From assembly GCA_023386815.1 (NCBI GenBank), contig JAEWIZ010000034.1, positions 26,755 through 90,754 of the forward strand: a DNA stretch of 64,000 bases, in the 5' to 3' direction. Within the stretch, counting starts at the first letter, position 1. Every line of letters begins with the position of its first letter. Of the stretch, positions 39,391 through 49,881 are shown in pieces. The DNA comes from Bacillota bacterium (lineage in GTDB: Bacteria; Bacillota; Clostridia; Lachnospirales; Lachnospiraceae). Below the pieces are notes generated by a model. It saw only the letters and a list, made by a program, of their open reading frames with translations, made no database searches and was not told the DNA's origin. The position numbers and the translations under genes were made by a program.

Positions 39391-39495
39391 TAATTACAAC
39401 TAACTATGGTGGTGCTATACTTCCCGATATGATTTAGGCGGATTGAGATTAGTTCCGCTTGATCCTTAGACATAATAAATTGAGGAGTGAAGCAG

Positions 39496-41523
39496 ATGAA
39501 AAAGAACGTAACAAAGAAGAGGATATTAAAAGTACTGCTGGTAATTGGTGTTATCGTGATACCGGTACTTTATAGCTATTTTTATCTGGGTGCCTTCTGG
39601 GATCCATATTCCAGACTGGACACCTTGCCGGTGGCGGTAGTTAATAATGATGTGGGTGCCACCATGAATGGAGAAAATCGCAATCTAGGGGAAGAACTTT
39701 GTCAGGAACTAAAGGACAGTGGTGAATTAAAATTTGTCTTTACCGATGAGGCAGCTGCTAAAAAGGGGACAGAGGGCAAAGATTATTATGCCATGATCCT
39801 AATACCGGAAGAGTTTTCAAAAAATATAGCATCAGCTGAGACCGTTGATAAGCAAATGGCAACAATCACTTATAGTGCAAATGAGAAAAGGAATTATCTC
39901 GCCAGTCAGATTTTAAGCAGAGCTATGCTGGAGATCGAAGAATCGTTACAATCAAAGGTTAATCAGGAAATAGTACAGAAATTAGCTGATTCTATCAATG
40001 AGGTTCCTGATCAGATGGATGAGCTATCTGAAGGTTTAACAAAGCTGCAGGAGGGCTCTGGAGAGCTTTTCAATGGTACGCATACATTAGCTGAGGGTGC
40101 AAATACCTTCTCAGATAAATTCGATCAGTATCAGGAGGGTGTTACAGCACTAAAGGATGGATCAGATACCTTAAGCTCTGGTGCAGCATCTTTGGATAAT
40201 GGGCTTACCAAGTTACTGGATGGTGCCAATAAGCTAAGTGCATCCACAGAAAATATCGGGGACTTAACAGAGGGAGCGAAGAGTCTTGCTGCTGGAGCAC
40301 AGCAGTTAAATGATGGTTTGATCCAATATACAGCTGGGGTAGATACCTTGATTTCAACAGTTGATAGTACCTCCAGCTTTTTAAAGCAATATGTAACAAA
40401 GGTAAATCCAAGTATTATGAAAGATCCGGTATTTGCGGCGTTTATTACCAAGATGTCAGATCCGGCTAATGCACAAAGCATCGAGACGCTTCAGAAAGCA
40501 AGTAGCAAATTAAAGCAGGCATCGAAGCAAATCAATACAGGTGCTGCAGCACTATCGGAAGGTTCTGGCAGTCTGCCAGAGCTAAAAGCTGCCATAGTAA
40601 CACTATCGGAAGGGCTTAAGAGTGCAAAAGCAGGTTCGGCCCAGCTTGCAGAGGGTTCGAAAGCTCTATCCGAGGGGGTTAATACGGTAAATAGCGCAAC
40701 GACCAAGTTATCGGATGCAGCTGATGACCTTACAGAGGGAGCTATTAAAGTAAATGATGGTACGGCAACTCTAAAGGATGGTATTACAGAAGCAAAGGAT
40801 GGAGTTGCTGATGCGATTACAGATACCAATGAGCAACTGGACAGCTTGAATGGTCTTGCTACTTATGCAAAGGATCCGGTAGAGATAGTAACTGATAATG
40901 TAGTATCAGTGCCTAACTATGGTACGGCTTTTGCTCCTTACTTCATGTCTCTCTCCCTTTGGGTAGGAGCATTAATTATGTTTGTAGGGATCTATATGGA
41001 TTCTAAATCCAAGTTTAAAATTTTGACAGAGAATTCAGAGCATAAAATGGCAAGAGGTTTTATTTACCTGGGAATTGGCTTTGCACAGGCGATTATACTT
41101 GCATGGATACTGCAATATTCGCTGGGACTTGAAGTTGCACACCCGGTATACTATTATGGAGCTTGCTGCTTAGTATCCATGGTATTTATTGCAATCGTGC
41201 AATTTTTGATGGTGTACTTAAAAGATATTGGCAAGTTCCTAACCATATTACTGCTGATTTTACAATTAACCTCTTGTGGAGGTACCTTCCCAATGGAAAC
41301 AGTGCCAGGATTCTTTAATATACTGTATCCATATATGCCGATGACCTACTCCGTAGGATTATTCAAGGAAGTGATCAGCGGATCGATTGGTACAGAAGCT
41401 AGAAATAACACAATTGTTCTGTTAAGCATCCTGGTTGTATTCATGGTATTAACCTCAGTATTTGCCAGAGGTAAGAATAAAAGAGAGGCGAGCGTAAAAC
41501 AGAACGAGCTACTCGAAGGATAG
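39496..41523 (+). CDS. YhgE/Pip family membrane protein
   Basis: AFWDPY...LPVAVVNND N-terminus, heptad-repeat core, NYGTAFAPYF and GGTFP motifs in the C-terminal TM region. Confidence 0.92.
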   Translation: MKKNVTKKRILKVLLVIGVIVIPVLYSYFYLGAFWDPYSRLDTLPVAVVNNDVGATMNGENRNLGEELCQELKDSGELKFVFTDEAAAKKGTEGKDYYAMILIPEEFSKNIASAETVDKQMATITYSANEKRNYLASQILSRAMLEIEESLQSKVNQEIVQKLADSINEVPDQMDELSEGLTKLQEGSGELFNGTHTLAEGANTFSDKFDQYQEGVTALKDGSDTLSSGAASLDNGLTKLLDGANKLSASTENIGDLTEGAKSLAAGAQQLNDGLIQYTAGVDTLISTVDSTSSFLKQYVTKVNPSIMKDPVFAAFITKMSDPANAQSIETLQKASSKLKQASKQINTGAAALSEGSGSLPELKAAIVTLSEGLKSAKAGSAQLAEGSKALSEGVNTVNSATTKLSDAADDLTEGAIKVNDGTATLKDGITEAKDGVADAITDTNEQLDSLNGLATYAKDPVEIVTDNVVSVPNYGTAFAPYFMSLSLWVGALIMFVGIYMDSKSKFKILTENSEHKMARGFIYLGIGFAQAIILAWILQYSLGLEVAHPVYYYGACCLVSMVFIAIVQFLMVYLKDIGKFLTILLLILQLTSCGGTFPMETVPGFFNILYPYMPMTYSVGLFKEVISGSIGTEARNNTIVLLSILVVFMVLTSVFARGKNKREASVKQNELLEG

Positions 41524-41742
41524 AAAGAACTGTTATTGAGGCAATAATTAAGAGATATAGATGTATCGTTAGAAAAGGCACTAAGATTATTAAAAATGTA
41601 ATCCTTAGTGCTTTTTTTGTTACCCTGGGCATAGATAGAAGGTAGACAGAACAATTTTAGTGGAATATAATAATGACAAAGAGAAGGACTTGTGATAAGT
41701 AAGACAAGGCTCGATGATATCAAAAATTATTGTGGGAGGTAA

Positions 41743-42243
41743 TTGGTTGGTATGGAGAATAAAAAGATCAAATTAAAGTGCACAAAGCTGCAAATATTTT
41801 TAGAAGTCATCAGTATTCTTATATTAATGGCGATGTTTGCTGTTTTATATTTTAATTGGAGTAATATACCAGAGAAAATCCCAGGCCATTATAATGCATT
41901 AGGTGAAATTGACCGTTGGGGAAATAAATCGGAACTATTCTTATTGCCCATTATTAGTAGCTTTTTGTATCTTTTGCTGACGGTTGTTTGCCGCTTTCCG
42001 TCCATATGGAATGTGCCTACGCAGATTACCGATAAGAATAGAACCTTTGTGTACTCAAACCTATTAACAATGATGATATTATTAAAAGCCTTGGTCTTAA
42101 TGATCTTCTTTTTTCTAAATTATAATAGCATGCAGGCAAAGGCATTACCGGTATATTTTCTTCCCATATTTATCATTGCTGTATTTGCCATCATTATATT
42201 TTTTACGGTAAGAACTATGCGGATAGCGAAAAAATTAGGTTAA
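41743..42243 (+). CDS. DUF1648-like membrane protein
   Basis: IPEKIPGHYNALGEIDRWG motif; 4 TM segments. Confidence 0.75.
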   Translation: MVGMENKKIKLKCTKLQIFLEVISILILMAMFAVLYFNWSNIPEKIPGHYNALGEIDRWGNKSELFLLPIISSFLYLLLTVVCRFPSIWNVPTQITDKNRTFVYSNLLTMMILLKALVLMIFFFLNYNSMQAKALPVYFLPIFIIAVFAIIIFFTVRTMRIAKKLG

Positions 42244-42269
42244 TATGAGGTTGATTCATTGCATACAGC

Positions 42270-42322
42270 AAAGGCTGTCTGGAGCGTATTTTGTATATAA
42301 AATACCTTCCGGACAGCCTTTT
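42270..42322. terminator. Bidirectional terminator
   Basis: AAGGCTGTCTGGA...TCCGGACAGCCTTTT. Confidence 0.7.
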
Positions 42323-42377
42323 AGTTTATAATAGTGTATTAATTCACAGCATCATCTTGTTTGATATGCTCAGATCT

Positions 42378-42857
42378 TTACCAGAAATTATTATATGAAC
42401 GGTAGGTGGAGCCCGGTTGCCGTTGACTTCTGATATGAGTCTGAATTTGACCTTGGTTCTGTGTTATGTTTTGACCTTGGTTCTGAACTGTGTTTTGACC
42501 TTGGTTTTGGCTCAGAGTTTGGTTCAGACCTGGATTCAAAGATTTATTTGCGACTTGATCCGGATTCTGATTGATACCCTGGTTCTGATTTCTATTCGGA
42601 TTTTGATTTAAATATAAATAAGGTGTTTGTGTTTGATTTTGTTGTCTATAATAGGCTTCTCGATCCTCCTGTCCAAAGGATTCTTCAAGGGACGGCAGAC
42701 CATCCTGGCTCGTATTAGTCGTTATATTCTTAGTCTTTTTCTCTTTGGCTTGCCGATTTCTAAGACTGCCAAATAAAAAACCAAGAAGGAAAAATATAAT
42801 CATAAGTGCAATCATAACGACAAAGAAGTTTGCTTGTGTGATTAAACTAAACAACAT
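42378..42857 (-). CDS. Single-TM protein with Gln/Asn-rich repeat tail
   Basis: N-terminal TM helix; QNQGQN repeats encoded by 24-bp tandem units at 42447, 42471 and 42495; GGAAGG RBS. Confidence 0.7.
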   Translation of the reverse strand: MLFSLITQANFFVVMIALMIIFFLLGFLFGSLRNRQAKEKKTKNITTNTSQDGLPSLEESFGQEDREAYYRQQNQTQTPYLYLNQNPNRNQNQGINQNPDQVANKSLNPGLNQTLSQNQGQNTVQNQGQNITQNQGQIQTHIRSQRQPGSTYRSYNNFW

Positions 42858-42978
42858 AGGGATCCCTTCCTTTCCATGTGCTTACTATCTATATATGCTG
42901 AATATCGACAGAAAGTGACAACATAAGTTAATTAATGTAAATTTTCAAAAAAGGTCCAATCTCCTAGATGATAAGCTA

Positions 42979-43027
42979 TTGACATATATATTGTGGTTGC
43001 ATATAATATTGATACAACATATTGTAC
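42979..43027 (+). promoter_or_regulatory. sigma-A promoter with two NrdR boxes
   Basis: TTGACA 42979-42984, 17-bp spacer, TATAAT 43002-43007; boxes GACATATATATTGTGG (42981) and ATACAACATATTGTAC (43012), 31 bp apart. Confidence 0.85.
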
Positions 43028-43118
43028 ATAAAGTCTTGAGCATATGGAAATAATAGTATTAAGACGAGTAATTGAATTGGATTAATAATGGAGTAAATAC
43101 CGTGATTTCACGGGTAGA

Positions 43119-45218
43119 ATGGAGAATTTTATGGAACAGCTGCTATCAAATAAATTTTTAAAAGGATATGAGAATATAGAGAGTCCACTAAGTCATTTGG
43201 GAGAGTTCGTTTATCTACGAACCTATTCCAGATATATGGATGATAAAAAAAGAAGAGAACGGTGGTGGGAAACCGTTCGTCGAACCACAGAGTATAATGT
43301 GGAGTTAGGAATCCGATTCAAACAGAAGAATGGTCTTGAGATAGATTGGGATCAGGAGATGAAAGAGGCCAAGATGCTATATGACCAGTTGTTTCAACTT
43401 AGAACATTTACTTCTGGTAGAACGCTATATATGGGTGGTACAGAGATAGTAAAGGAATATCCTCTATCCAATTACAATTGTGCCTTTACTGACATAGAGT
43501 GTATGAGGGATTTGGTGGACGTATTTTATCTGTTAATGGTAGGCAGCGGAGTAGGAATTCGAATTGACAAAGCACATGTGAAAGCGTTACCCTCGGTGAG
43601 ACATCTTGATATGGAAGGTGTGTACGATGTGGAGGCACGGCGATATACCCCCAAAGAGGAAATGGAACACACACAACTCATTATTCGTGAAGAGGAACCT
43701 GTGGAGGCAATTCTAAAGGTGGGTGACAGTAAGGAGGGCTGGTGTGAAGCCCTGGAGACCTATTTTGAACTCGTTACCCTAGAGCAGTATAGTCATATTC
43801 AAAAAATTGTACTTGACTATAGTTATGTGAGACCGGAGGGTGAACGTCTGAAGAGATTTGGTGGCAGAGCCTCAGGGCATACCTCAATCAAGCGCATGTT
43901 TGAAAAGATAAACCGTGTATTTTTAAGAAGAGAGGACAGAAGGCTTAAGAGTATAGATGTTCTTGATATAGCTACCATAATCAGTGAAAATGTGGTGTCC
44001 GGTGGTGTAAGGCGAAGTGCCATGATGGTGATCTGTGATGAAGATGATGAAGAAGTGATTCGTGCTAAAAGGAATATTTACAAGGTGGTGGATGGAAATT
44101 GGATTGAAGATAAAGAGATTTCTCATCGCAAGATGAGTAATAACTCAATTCTCTATACACACAGACCTTCCCTTAACCGCATCACAGAAATTATCAACTC
44201 CATAAAAATCAATGGTGAACCAGGATTTATTAATGGGGCGGAAGCATTTAGAAGAAAGCCAACCTTCCGTGGCTGTAATCCCTGCGGCGAGATATTACTC
44301 CAGTCGAAGCAGTGCTGTAATCTTACGACGAATAACTTGATGGCCTTTGTAAAAGAAGATAAGCTCGATAAAGAAAGCTTAATAGAAGTTATTAAGCTCT
44401 CCACAAGAGTTGCCATAAGAATGACTCTAGTGGAGGTTGAGTTGCCTCAGTGGAATAAAGTAATGCAGGAAGATCGTATTATCGGTGTTTCTCTTACCGG
44501 AATGATGGATATGCTAAACCGTACGGGAATGAGTTATGAGGACTTGGCAGAATTGTTATCGCAGCTGCGACAAGTGGTACATCAGGAAGGGTATCGGTAT
44601 TGCAAGGAACTTGGAATTAAGGCGCCTCAGCTTATGACTACGATTAAACCAGAGGGGAGCTTATCCACGCTTCCTTGTGTAAGCTCCGGTATTCATTTTG
44701 CCCATTCCAATTATTACATCAGAAGAATTCGAATTGCTGCTACAGATCCGCTTTACAAAATGATAGCAGAACAGGGCTCCTATCCGATTTATAATGAAGT
44801 AGGCCAGTCGGATGAGGATTGTTCGATTAAGGTAATTGAATTCCCGATTAAAGCTCCAGAGGGAAGAACGAAGTATGAAGTAGGTGCCATTGAACAGTTA
44901 GAGCTTTATAAGCTTAGTATGCTATACTGGTCAGATCATAATTCCTCTATTACAGTCCATGTTCGTGAGAATGAATGGGAGGATGTAACTCAGTGGATTT
45001 ATCATAATTTTGAGTACGTGGTTGGTATTACCTTGCTACCTCTGCTGGAAGAAACCTATCCTTTGTTACCCTATGAGTGTACCACGAAGGAAGACTACGA
45101 AAGCAGGGTAAAGAAGTTAAAGCCTATTGATTATGAACTTCTGGCTAAGTTAGATGATTCAGAAGAGCGGGAAATTATCGATAAAGAGTGTGCTACGGGT
45201 GCTTGCCCTATTCGGTAA
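43119..45218 (+). CDS. nrdJ: Class II (B12-dependent) ribonucleoside-triphosphate reductase, monomeric type
   Basis: FVYLRTYSR, NYNCAF, NPCGE, TIKPEGS and a C-terminal C-x4-C-P-I-R. Confidence 0.9.
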   Translation: MENFMEQLLSNKFLKGYENIESPLSHLGEFVYLRTYSRYMDDKKRRERWWETVRRTTEYNVELGIRFKQKNGLEIDWDQEMKEAKMLYDQLFQLRTFTSGRTLYMGGTEIVKEYPLSNYNCAFTDIECMRDLVDVFYLLMVGSGVGIRIDKAHVKALPSVRHLDMEGVYDVEARRYTPKEEMEHTQLIIREEEPVEAILKVGDSKEGWCEALETYFELVTLEQYSHIQKIVLDYSYVRPEGERLKRFGGRASGHTSIKRMFEKINRVFLRREDRRLKSIDVLDIATIISENVVSGGVRRSAMMVICDEDDEEVIRAKRNIYKVVDGNWIEDKEISHRKMSNNSILYTHRPSLNRITEIINSIKINGEPGFINGAEAFRRKPTFRGCNPCGEILLQSKQCCNLTTNNLMAFVKEDKLDKESLIEVIKLSTRVAIRMTLVEVELPQWNKVMQEDRIIGVSLTGMMDMLNRTGMSYEDLAELLSQLRQVVHQEGYRYCKELGIKAPQLMTTIKPEGSLSTLPCVSSGIHFAHSNYYIRRIRIAATDPLYKMIAEQGSYPIYNEVGQSDEDCSIKVIEFPIKAPEGRTKYEVGAIEQLELYKLSMLYWSDHNSSITVHVRENEWEDVTQWIYHNFEYVVGITLLPLLEETYPLLPYECTTKEDYESRVKKLKPIDYELLAKLDDSEEREIIDKECATGACPIR

Positions 45219-45231
45219 ATTAACAGCTATC

Positions 45232-45267
45232 AGAGCTATGACATCAAGGGATTGGTGCCATAGCTCT
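45232..45267 (+). terminator. Terminator after nrdJ
   Basis: AGAGCTATG...CATAGCTCT followed by a T-rich tract. Confidence 0.65.
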
Positions 45268-45526
45268 ATTTAGTTTGTTAAATGTCTGTAAAACTTGAAA
45301 ATATATATTTAAGAAAAACAGTGAATCAGAAGAACTTCCTTTTTAGTTAAGCTAAGAGATATTTATTTGCTTCGTCGATCATCTGCATAATTCCTGTTTA
45401 AATAATGTGGTTGAAATAGAGTCTGTTTTAACTGCATTTTTATTGCCACAAATATTAGATATTAAAATTGTGCATAATTAACAAATTTGGTCGTAATAAT
45501 TCTATTTATTTCCATAATTGGATCTA

Positions 45527-45595
45527 TTGTATTTTGTTCTTAGGACTACTATACTTTGAGATAACAAAACGTGATAAAACGTGACTAAACGTATT
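45527..45595 (+). promoter_or_regulatory. modA promoter with three 10-bp direct repeats
   Basis: TTGTAT-17bp-TATACT (45527-45555), then AAAACGTGAT AAAACGTGAC TAAACGTATT (45566-45595). Confidence 0.65.
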
Positions 45596-45681
45596 AAAAA
45601 GCAAGCAACTAGTCAAACATGGCAAAAGTTAATGAATTATAAGGGAGTGGAAACAGAAAAAAATAATTGGAGGATGATATT

Positions 45682-46467
45682 ATGAAGCTTATAAAAAGGT
45701 TGATTTCACTATCTGTATTAGTTGCAATTTTATTTTCATTACTCTCCGTGAACGTCTTTGCAAAAACAACAACGAAATATTCATTGATGATATCAGCCGC
45801 AGCAAGCACAGCAGATGCGATGGAGGATATTGCAAGGCTATATCATAAAAAGTATCCGAATGTTACTTTGACCTTCAATTATGGCTCTTCAGGTTCTTTG
45901 CAAAAGCAGATCGAGCAAGGATCCCCAGCAGATGTATTTATTTCTGCAGCGACAAAGCAAATGAATGCACTAAAAGATGAAAAACTGTTATATAACAATA
46001 CGATAAGAACCATTGCTTACAATAAGGTCGTGCTAATTGTACCAGAGGATTCTAGACTAAGCCTGAAGAAATTTTCCGACTTAACTAGCTCTGCTGTAGA
46101 CATTGTCGCGTTGGGTGAGCCATCAAGTGTTCCAGCAGGACAATACGGACAGGAAGTACTTACATATTATGGAGTTCTTAACGCTGTAAAGAAAAAGGCT
46201 GTATATGCAAAGGATGTTACCGAGGTTCTGACTTGGGTGGAACGTGGGAATGCAGAGGCCGGAATTGTCTACCGTACCGATGCAATTAATTCCACAAAGG
46301 TAAAGATCGTAGCTACAGCACCTTCCTTCACCCATACCAAAGTAGAATATCCCGCAGCTGTTATAAAAGACAGTAAGCATCCCAAAGTAGCAAATACCTT
46401 CGTGAAGTTCTTGGACACTGTTGAGGCTCAGGAAGTATTAGATCACTATGGATTTACCTTTGACTAA
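45682..46467 (+). CDS. modA: Molybdate ABC transporter substrate-binding protein
   Basis: SAAAS, GSSGSL, ADVFISA, VPAGQY and GIVYRTD motifs. Confidence 0.93.
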   Translation: MKLIKRLISLSVLVAILFSLLSVNVFAKTTTKYSLMISAAASTADAMEDIARLYHKKYPNVTLTFNYGSSGSLQKQIEQGSPADVFISAATKQMNALKDEKLLYNNTIRTIAYNKVVLIVPEDSRLSLKKFSDLTSSAVDIVALGEPSSVPAGQYGQEVLTYYGVLNAVKKKAVYAKDVTEVLTWVERGNAEAGIVYRTDAINSTKVKIVATAPSFTHTKVEYPAAVIKDSKHPKVANTFVKFLDTVEAQEVLDHYGFTFD

Positions 46468-46618
46468 AATAAGTAATAGAAAACTAATATAGCAATCGTA
46501 ATAAGAATATTGATATGAGCAGATATCATAATCTTAAGAGCAAAAGAAGGTACTAGCTATGGCAGGTGCTCATTCTAATATACCTATGGAATCGAATTCT
46601 AGATAAGGAGCTGGAACT

Positions 46619-47305
46619 ATGGAATTAGATATATCACCACTCTTTGTATCTGTAAAAACAACCTTAGCTGCAACGATAATTACCTTTGTGCTGGGATTAT
46701 TGGCTGCTTATTGGATGGCAGGCTATCGAAAAAAGCTGAAGGGGTTCCTTGATGGCATCTTCATTCTTCCTATGGTTTTACCTCCAACTGTAGTAGGTTT
46801 TCTCTTGCTGGTACTGGTAGGCAGGAGAGGGCCAATAGGAAGGATAATGCAGTACTTTGATACCAACATTATATTTTCCTGGAGTGCAACGGTAATTGCG
46901 GCAGTAGTAGTTTCCTTCCCAATGATGTATAAAACGGCAAAGGGAGCTTTTGAACAGATTGACCCAAATATACTCTACGCGGCAAGAACCCTGGGGGTAC
47001 CTGAGTGGAAGATTTTTATAAAGGTGAGCATACCGTTAGCTTGGCCGGGAATTGTAGCGGGAGGTATCCTCGCCTTTGCAAGAGCCTTGGGAGAGTTTGG
47101 AGCAACTATGATGCTGGCAGGAAATATTCCCGGAAGAACACAGACCATACCCATGGCAATTTATTTTGCGGTGGAGGGTGGCAATGAGAATCTGGCTTAC
47201 CTATGGGTAGCATTGATTATGATAATCTCCTTCTTTGTGATTTTCCTTATGAACTACTGGCTGGAGTATCAACAGAAGTTTATCAGAGGAAGACAAGGGA
47301 AGTAA
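46619..47305 (+). CDS. modB: Molybdate ABC transporter permease
   Basis: LPMVLPPTVVG and FARALGEFGAT motifs. Confidence 0.94.
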   Translation: MELDISPLFVSVKTTLAATIITFVLGLLAAYWMAGYRKKLKGFLDGIFILPMVLPPTVVGFLLLVLVGRRGPIGRIMQYFDTNIIFSWSATVIAAVVVSFPMMYKTAKGAFEQIDPNILYAARTLGVPEWKIFIKVSIPLAWPGIVAGGILAFARALGEFGATMMLAGNIPGRTQTIPMAIYFAVEGGNENLAYLWVALIMIISFFVIFLMNYWLEYQQKFIRGRQGK

Positions 47306-47429
47306 AAATAGTTGGCTGCAAAAGTCACTGCCAAAGATTGAACTATTTACACTCGAAGAATGTGAAAAGGTACTTCTTCTAAGAGTGTTTGAGTCTATTC
47401 ATTAATAGGTTAACAAATGAAAGGCATGG

Positions 47430-48497
47430 GTGCTGGATTTGAGTTTAATAGTAAATATTAAAAAGAAATTGAAAGGCTTTCAACTCATGGTTGACTTTGA
47501 AGCGGATCATGATATTCTAGGTGTTTTGGGTGCCTCTGGCTCGGGGAAAAGTATGACCCTTCGCTGCATAGCAGGGATTGAAACTCCTGATGAAGGTAAA
47601 ATAGTATTAAATGGCCGTACTCTGTTTGATTCTGAGAGAAGAATTAACCTATCCTGCCAGCAGCGAAAGGTTGGGTTCTTATTTCAGAATTATGCACTCT
47701 ACCCCCATATGACAGTGGAGAAGAACATAGGATTTGCCTTAAGTGGATTAACTAGTGATCAAAGAGCAAAGAAGGTGCAAAAAGCGATAGAAATGATGCA
47801 TCTAAAGAATCTGGAGAAACGATATCCGACGGAATTATCCGGGGGGCAGCAGCAGAGAGTTGCTTTAGCCAGAGCCCTAGTGGTTGAGCCGGAGGTATTA
47901 TTATTGGATGAACCGTTCTCAGCACTTGATGAGTATTTAAGAAACCAGATGGTAAATCAATTAATGGAAACTCTCAGCGACTATCAGGGGGTGACTCTTT
48001 TTGTGACACACAACATGGAGGAGGCTTATCGTTTGTGTAAGCAAATTATGGTGATTGACCAAGGTAAAAAAGAGGCTTGCAAAGAAAGAGATGACATTTT
48101 CATGCATCCTACCACCTTGCCTGTAGCGCAGGTTACCGGTTGCAAAAACATTTCAACTGTAAGGATATTGCCGGATGGCAGGATTGAAGCCAACGAATGG
48201 GGAATTAAGCTGTGGACTCCAGGAAACTGCTCGAGAATAGCTCATGTGGGAATTCGGGCGAATCATATCAAGATGGCTGAGAAGGCCGGGAAAAATGTCT
48301 TCGAATTATGGCCGGTATATACCAATGAAGCACCATTTCGTATCACCGTATATCTGAGTAGAGTACAACCAAAGTCAAATTCCAGGGATTTCGTACTCCA
48401 GTGGGAGATGTCAAAAGATCGATGGGTAGAGTTGAAGGACTATCCCTTACCCTGGAAGGTATATTTTGATCCCGAAAAGTTAATTTGCATTTCTTAG
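47430..48497 (+). CDS. modC: Molybdate ABC transporter ATPase
   Basis: GASGSGKS, FQNYALYPH, LSGGQQQR and LLLDEPFSALD motifs; follows modAB. Confidence 0.9.
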   Translation: MLDLSLIVNIKKKLKGFQLMVDFEADHDILGVLGASGSGKSMTLRCIAGIETPDEGKIVLNGRTLFDSERRINLSCQQRKVGFLFQNYALYPHMTVEKNIGFALSGLTSDQRAKKVQKAIEMMHLKNLEKRYPTELSGGQQQRVALARALVVEPEVLLLDEPFSALDEYLRNQMVNQLMETLSDYQGVTLFVTHNMEEAYRLCKQIMVIDQGKKEACKERDDIFMHPTTLPVAQVTGCKNISTVRILPDGRIEANEWGIKLWTPGNCSRIAHVGIRANHIKMAEKAGKNVFELWPVYTNEAPFRITVYLSRVQPKSNSRDFVLQWEMSKDRWVELKDYPLPWKVYFDPEKLICIS

Positions 48498-48592
48498 AAA
48501 CACATTCAAAGAATGAATATTTTAAAAAAAGGATATGAGTATTTAAGGATATTAATATTCAATAAGATAGATATCAGTAAGGTTATGTAAGA

Positions 48593-48650
48593 AAATGGGT
48601 TATTGTAAAATGTTGATTTTATTAAATCAGGATTTTACAACAGCCCATTT
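48593..48650. terminator. Bidirectional terminator
   Basis: AAATGGG...TTGTAAAAT / ATTTTACAA...CCCATTT long stem. Confidence 0.65.
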
Positions 48651-48654
48651 CAAT

Positions 48655-49614
48655 TTAAATCTCTTCTATTTCACCGATTCGATCTAGTATATATCCACCT
48701 AAGCCAGACAATTCCTGTTTAAAATTCTTAGAATTTATTACATTGAGGATTGCTCTAAATTCAGGGCGATCCATGTCTTCTTTTCGGAACACGATATCCA
48801 ATTGTTCCGCCTGCAGTGGGATAAAATCGATACCACTAACCTGGAGAGCTGATTTTTCATTCCCAAGGCCTATGTCTGCGCCTCCTCGTGCAACTGTACT
48901 TGCTATCGCGAGATGGGAGGTGCTTTCCCGGTGGTAACCTGGTATCGTATTTGCGTTAATGCCTAGCCTTTTTAGATGTCCGTCCAAAAGAATTCTGGTT
49001 CCGCTTCCTTTTTCCCGGTTAATCATAGTAATATCATTTCTCTTTAAATCCTCCCAGCCTTGGATCCCTTTTGGATTTCCTTTTGGGACGTAGAAACCTT
49101 GATACCTGCTGACCAGATGTACTAGTACGGAAGGTATGCCTGGAAGCAATCTTTTCACATAAGGTATATTATATTGATTTGATTCAGGATCCCAAAGGTG
49201 TACTGTTGTTAGATGAACCGACCCATGATACAGGGAATACAAGCCATTATAACTGCCCTCAAAGGAGCGTAAGACTGAGAAGCGCCCAGTGCCTGTTTCC
49301 AGATAGCGCGTGATGAGATCCAGTATGATGTCTTGGCCGCAAAGGATGACAGGAGCCGTTGTATTGTTGTTGACAGTTAATCCCTGGTATGTCTGTGGAG
49401 GTGAGGAGGGAAAGGAAGCTCCAATCTTGGCAGATGAAGGTGCTGTCTGGGTTCTCTCCTTATATTCCATCACATCCTTAAAGTCAATTCTCACCTTTTT
49501 TCCCACTTTATAAGAATTCAATTCACCGCGCTTAATCAATTCGTACACAGTATTCTTTGCAATTTTCAACATATCGGCTACTTCTTGCGTGGTCAGTACA
49601 GAGTTTTGATCCAT
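48655..49614 (-). CDS. Excisionase-like HTH plus PBP-domain regulator (putative molybdate sensor)
   Basis: LTTQEVADMLKIAKNTVYELIKRGEL HTH; GSYNGL and INREKGSGTR in the PBP domain; lies between mod and nif. Confidence 0.85.
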   Translation of the reverse strand: MDQNSVLTTQEVADMLKIAKNTVYELIKRGELNSYKVGKKVRIDFKDVMEYKERTQTAPSSAKIGASFPSSPPQTYQGLTVNNNTTAPVILCGQDIILDLITRYLETGTGRFSVLRSFEGSYNGLYSLYHGSVHLTTVHLWDPESNQYNIPYVKRLLPGIPSVLVHLVSRYQGFYVPKGNPKGIQGWEDLKRNDITMINREKGSGTRILLDGHLKRLGINANTIPGYHRESTSHLAIASTVARGGADIGLGNEKSALQVSGIDFIPLQAEQLDIVFRKEDMDRPEFRAILNVINSKNFKQELSGLGGYILDRIGEIEEI

Positions 49615-49773
49615 GATAATCTCCCATTGTATTTAAGAATATTTAATGATCTGTTTGGTATTATAGCCTTTATTTCATATAAAATCAAATAATACTGAAC
49701 AAACCAATGACCACTAGTGTAAATTGTGCAAAAACATCTTCTACCAGCCGTATAAATTTGACAAAACCATGTA

Positions 49774-49802
49774 TTGAAAGTGTTATGTACTGATGATAGA
49801 AT
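49774..49802 (+). promoter_or_regulatory. sigma-A promoter of the nif operon
   Basis: TTGAAA-17bp-TAGAAT with an extended TG. Confidence 0.65.
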
Positions 49803-49881
49803 TGCAACCATAGAAATTATCCATCCGAAAGAAATGGTTCAAGAAGGAATGCTCCAATCGGGTAACTCTTCATCCTTCGGA

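Noticed and set aside
42900..43118. Cobalamin riboswitch before nrdJ (and Moco riboswitch before modA)
   Set aside because: No recognisable conserved boxes; the leaders are short and explained by NrdR boxes or direct repeats
49815..49850. c-di-GMP-I riboswitch-like CCATCCGAAAGAAATGG hairpin in the nif leader
   Set aside because: The flanking GGCAAA and GACGCAAA conserved elements are absent
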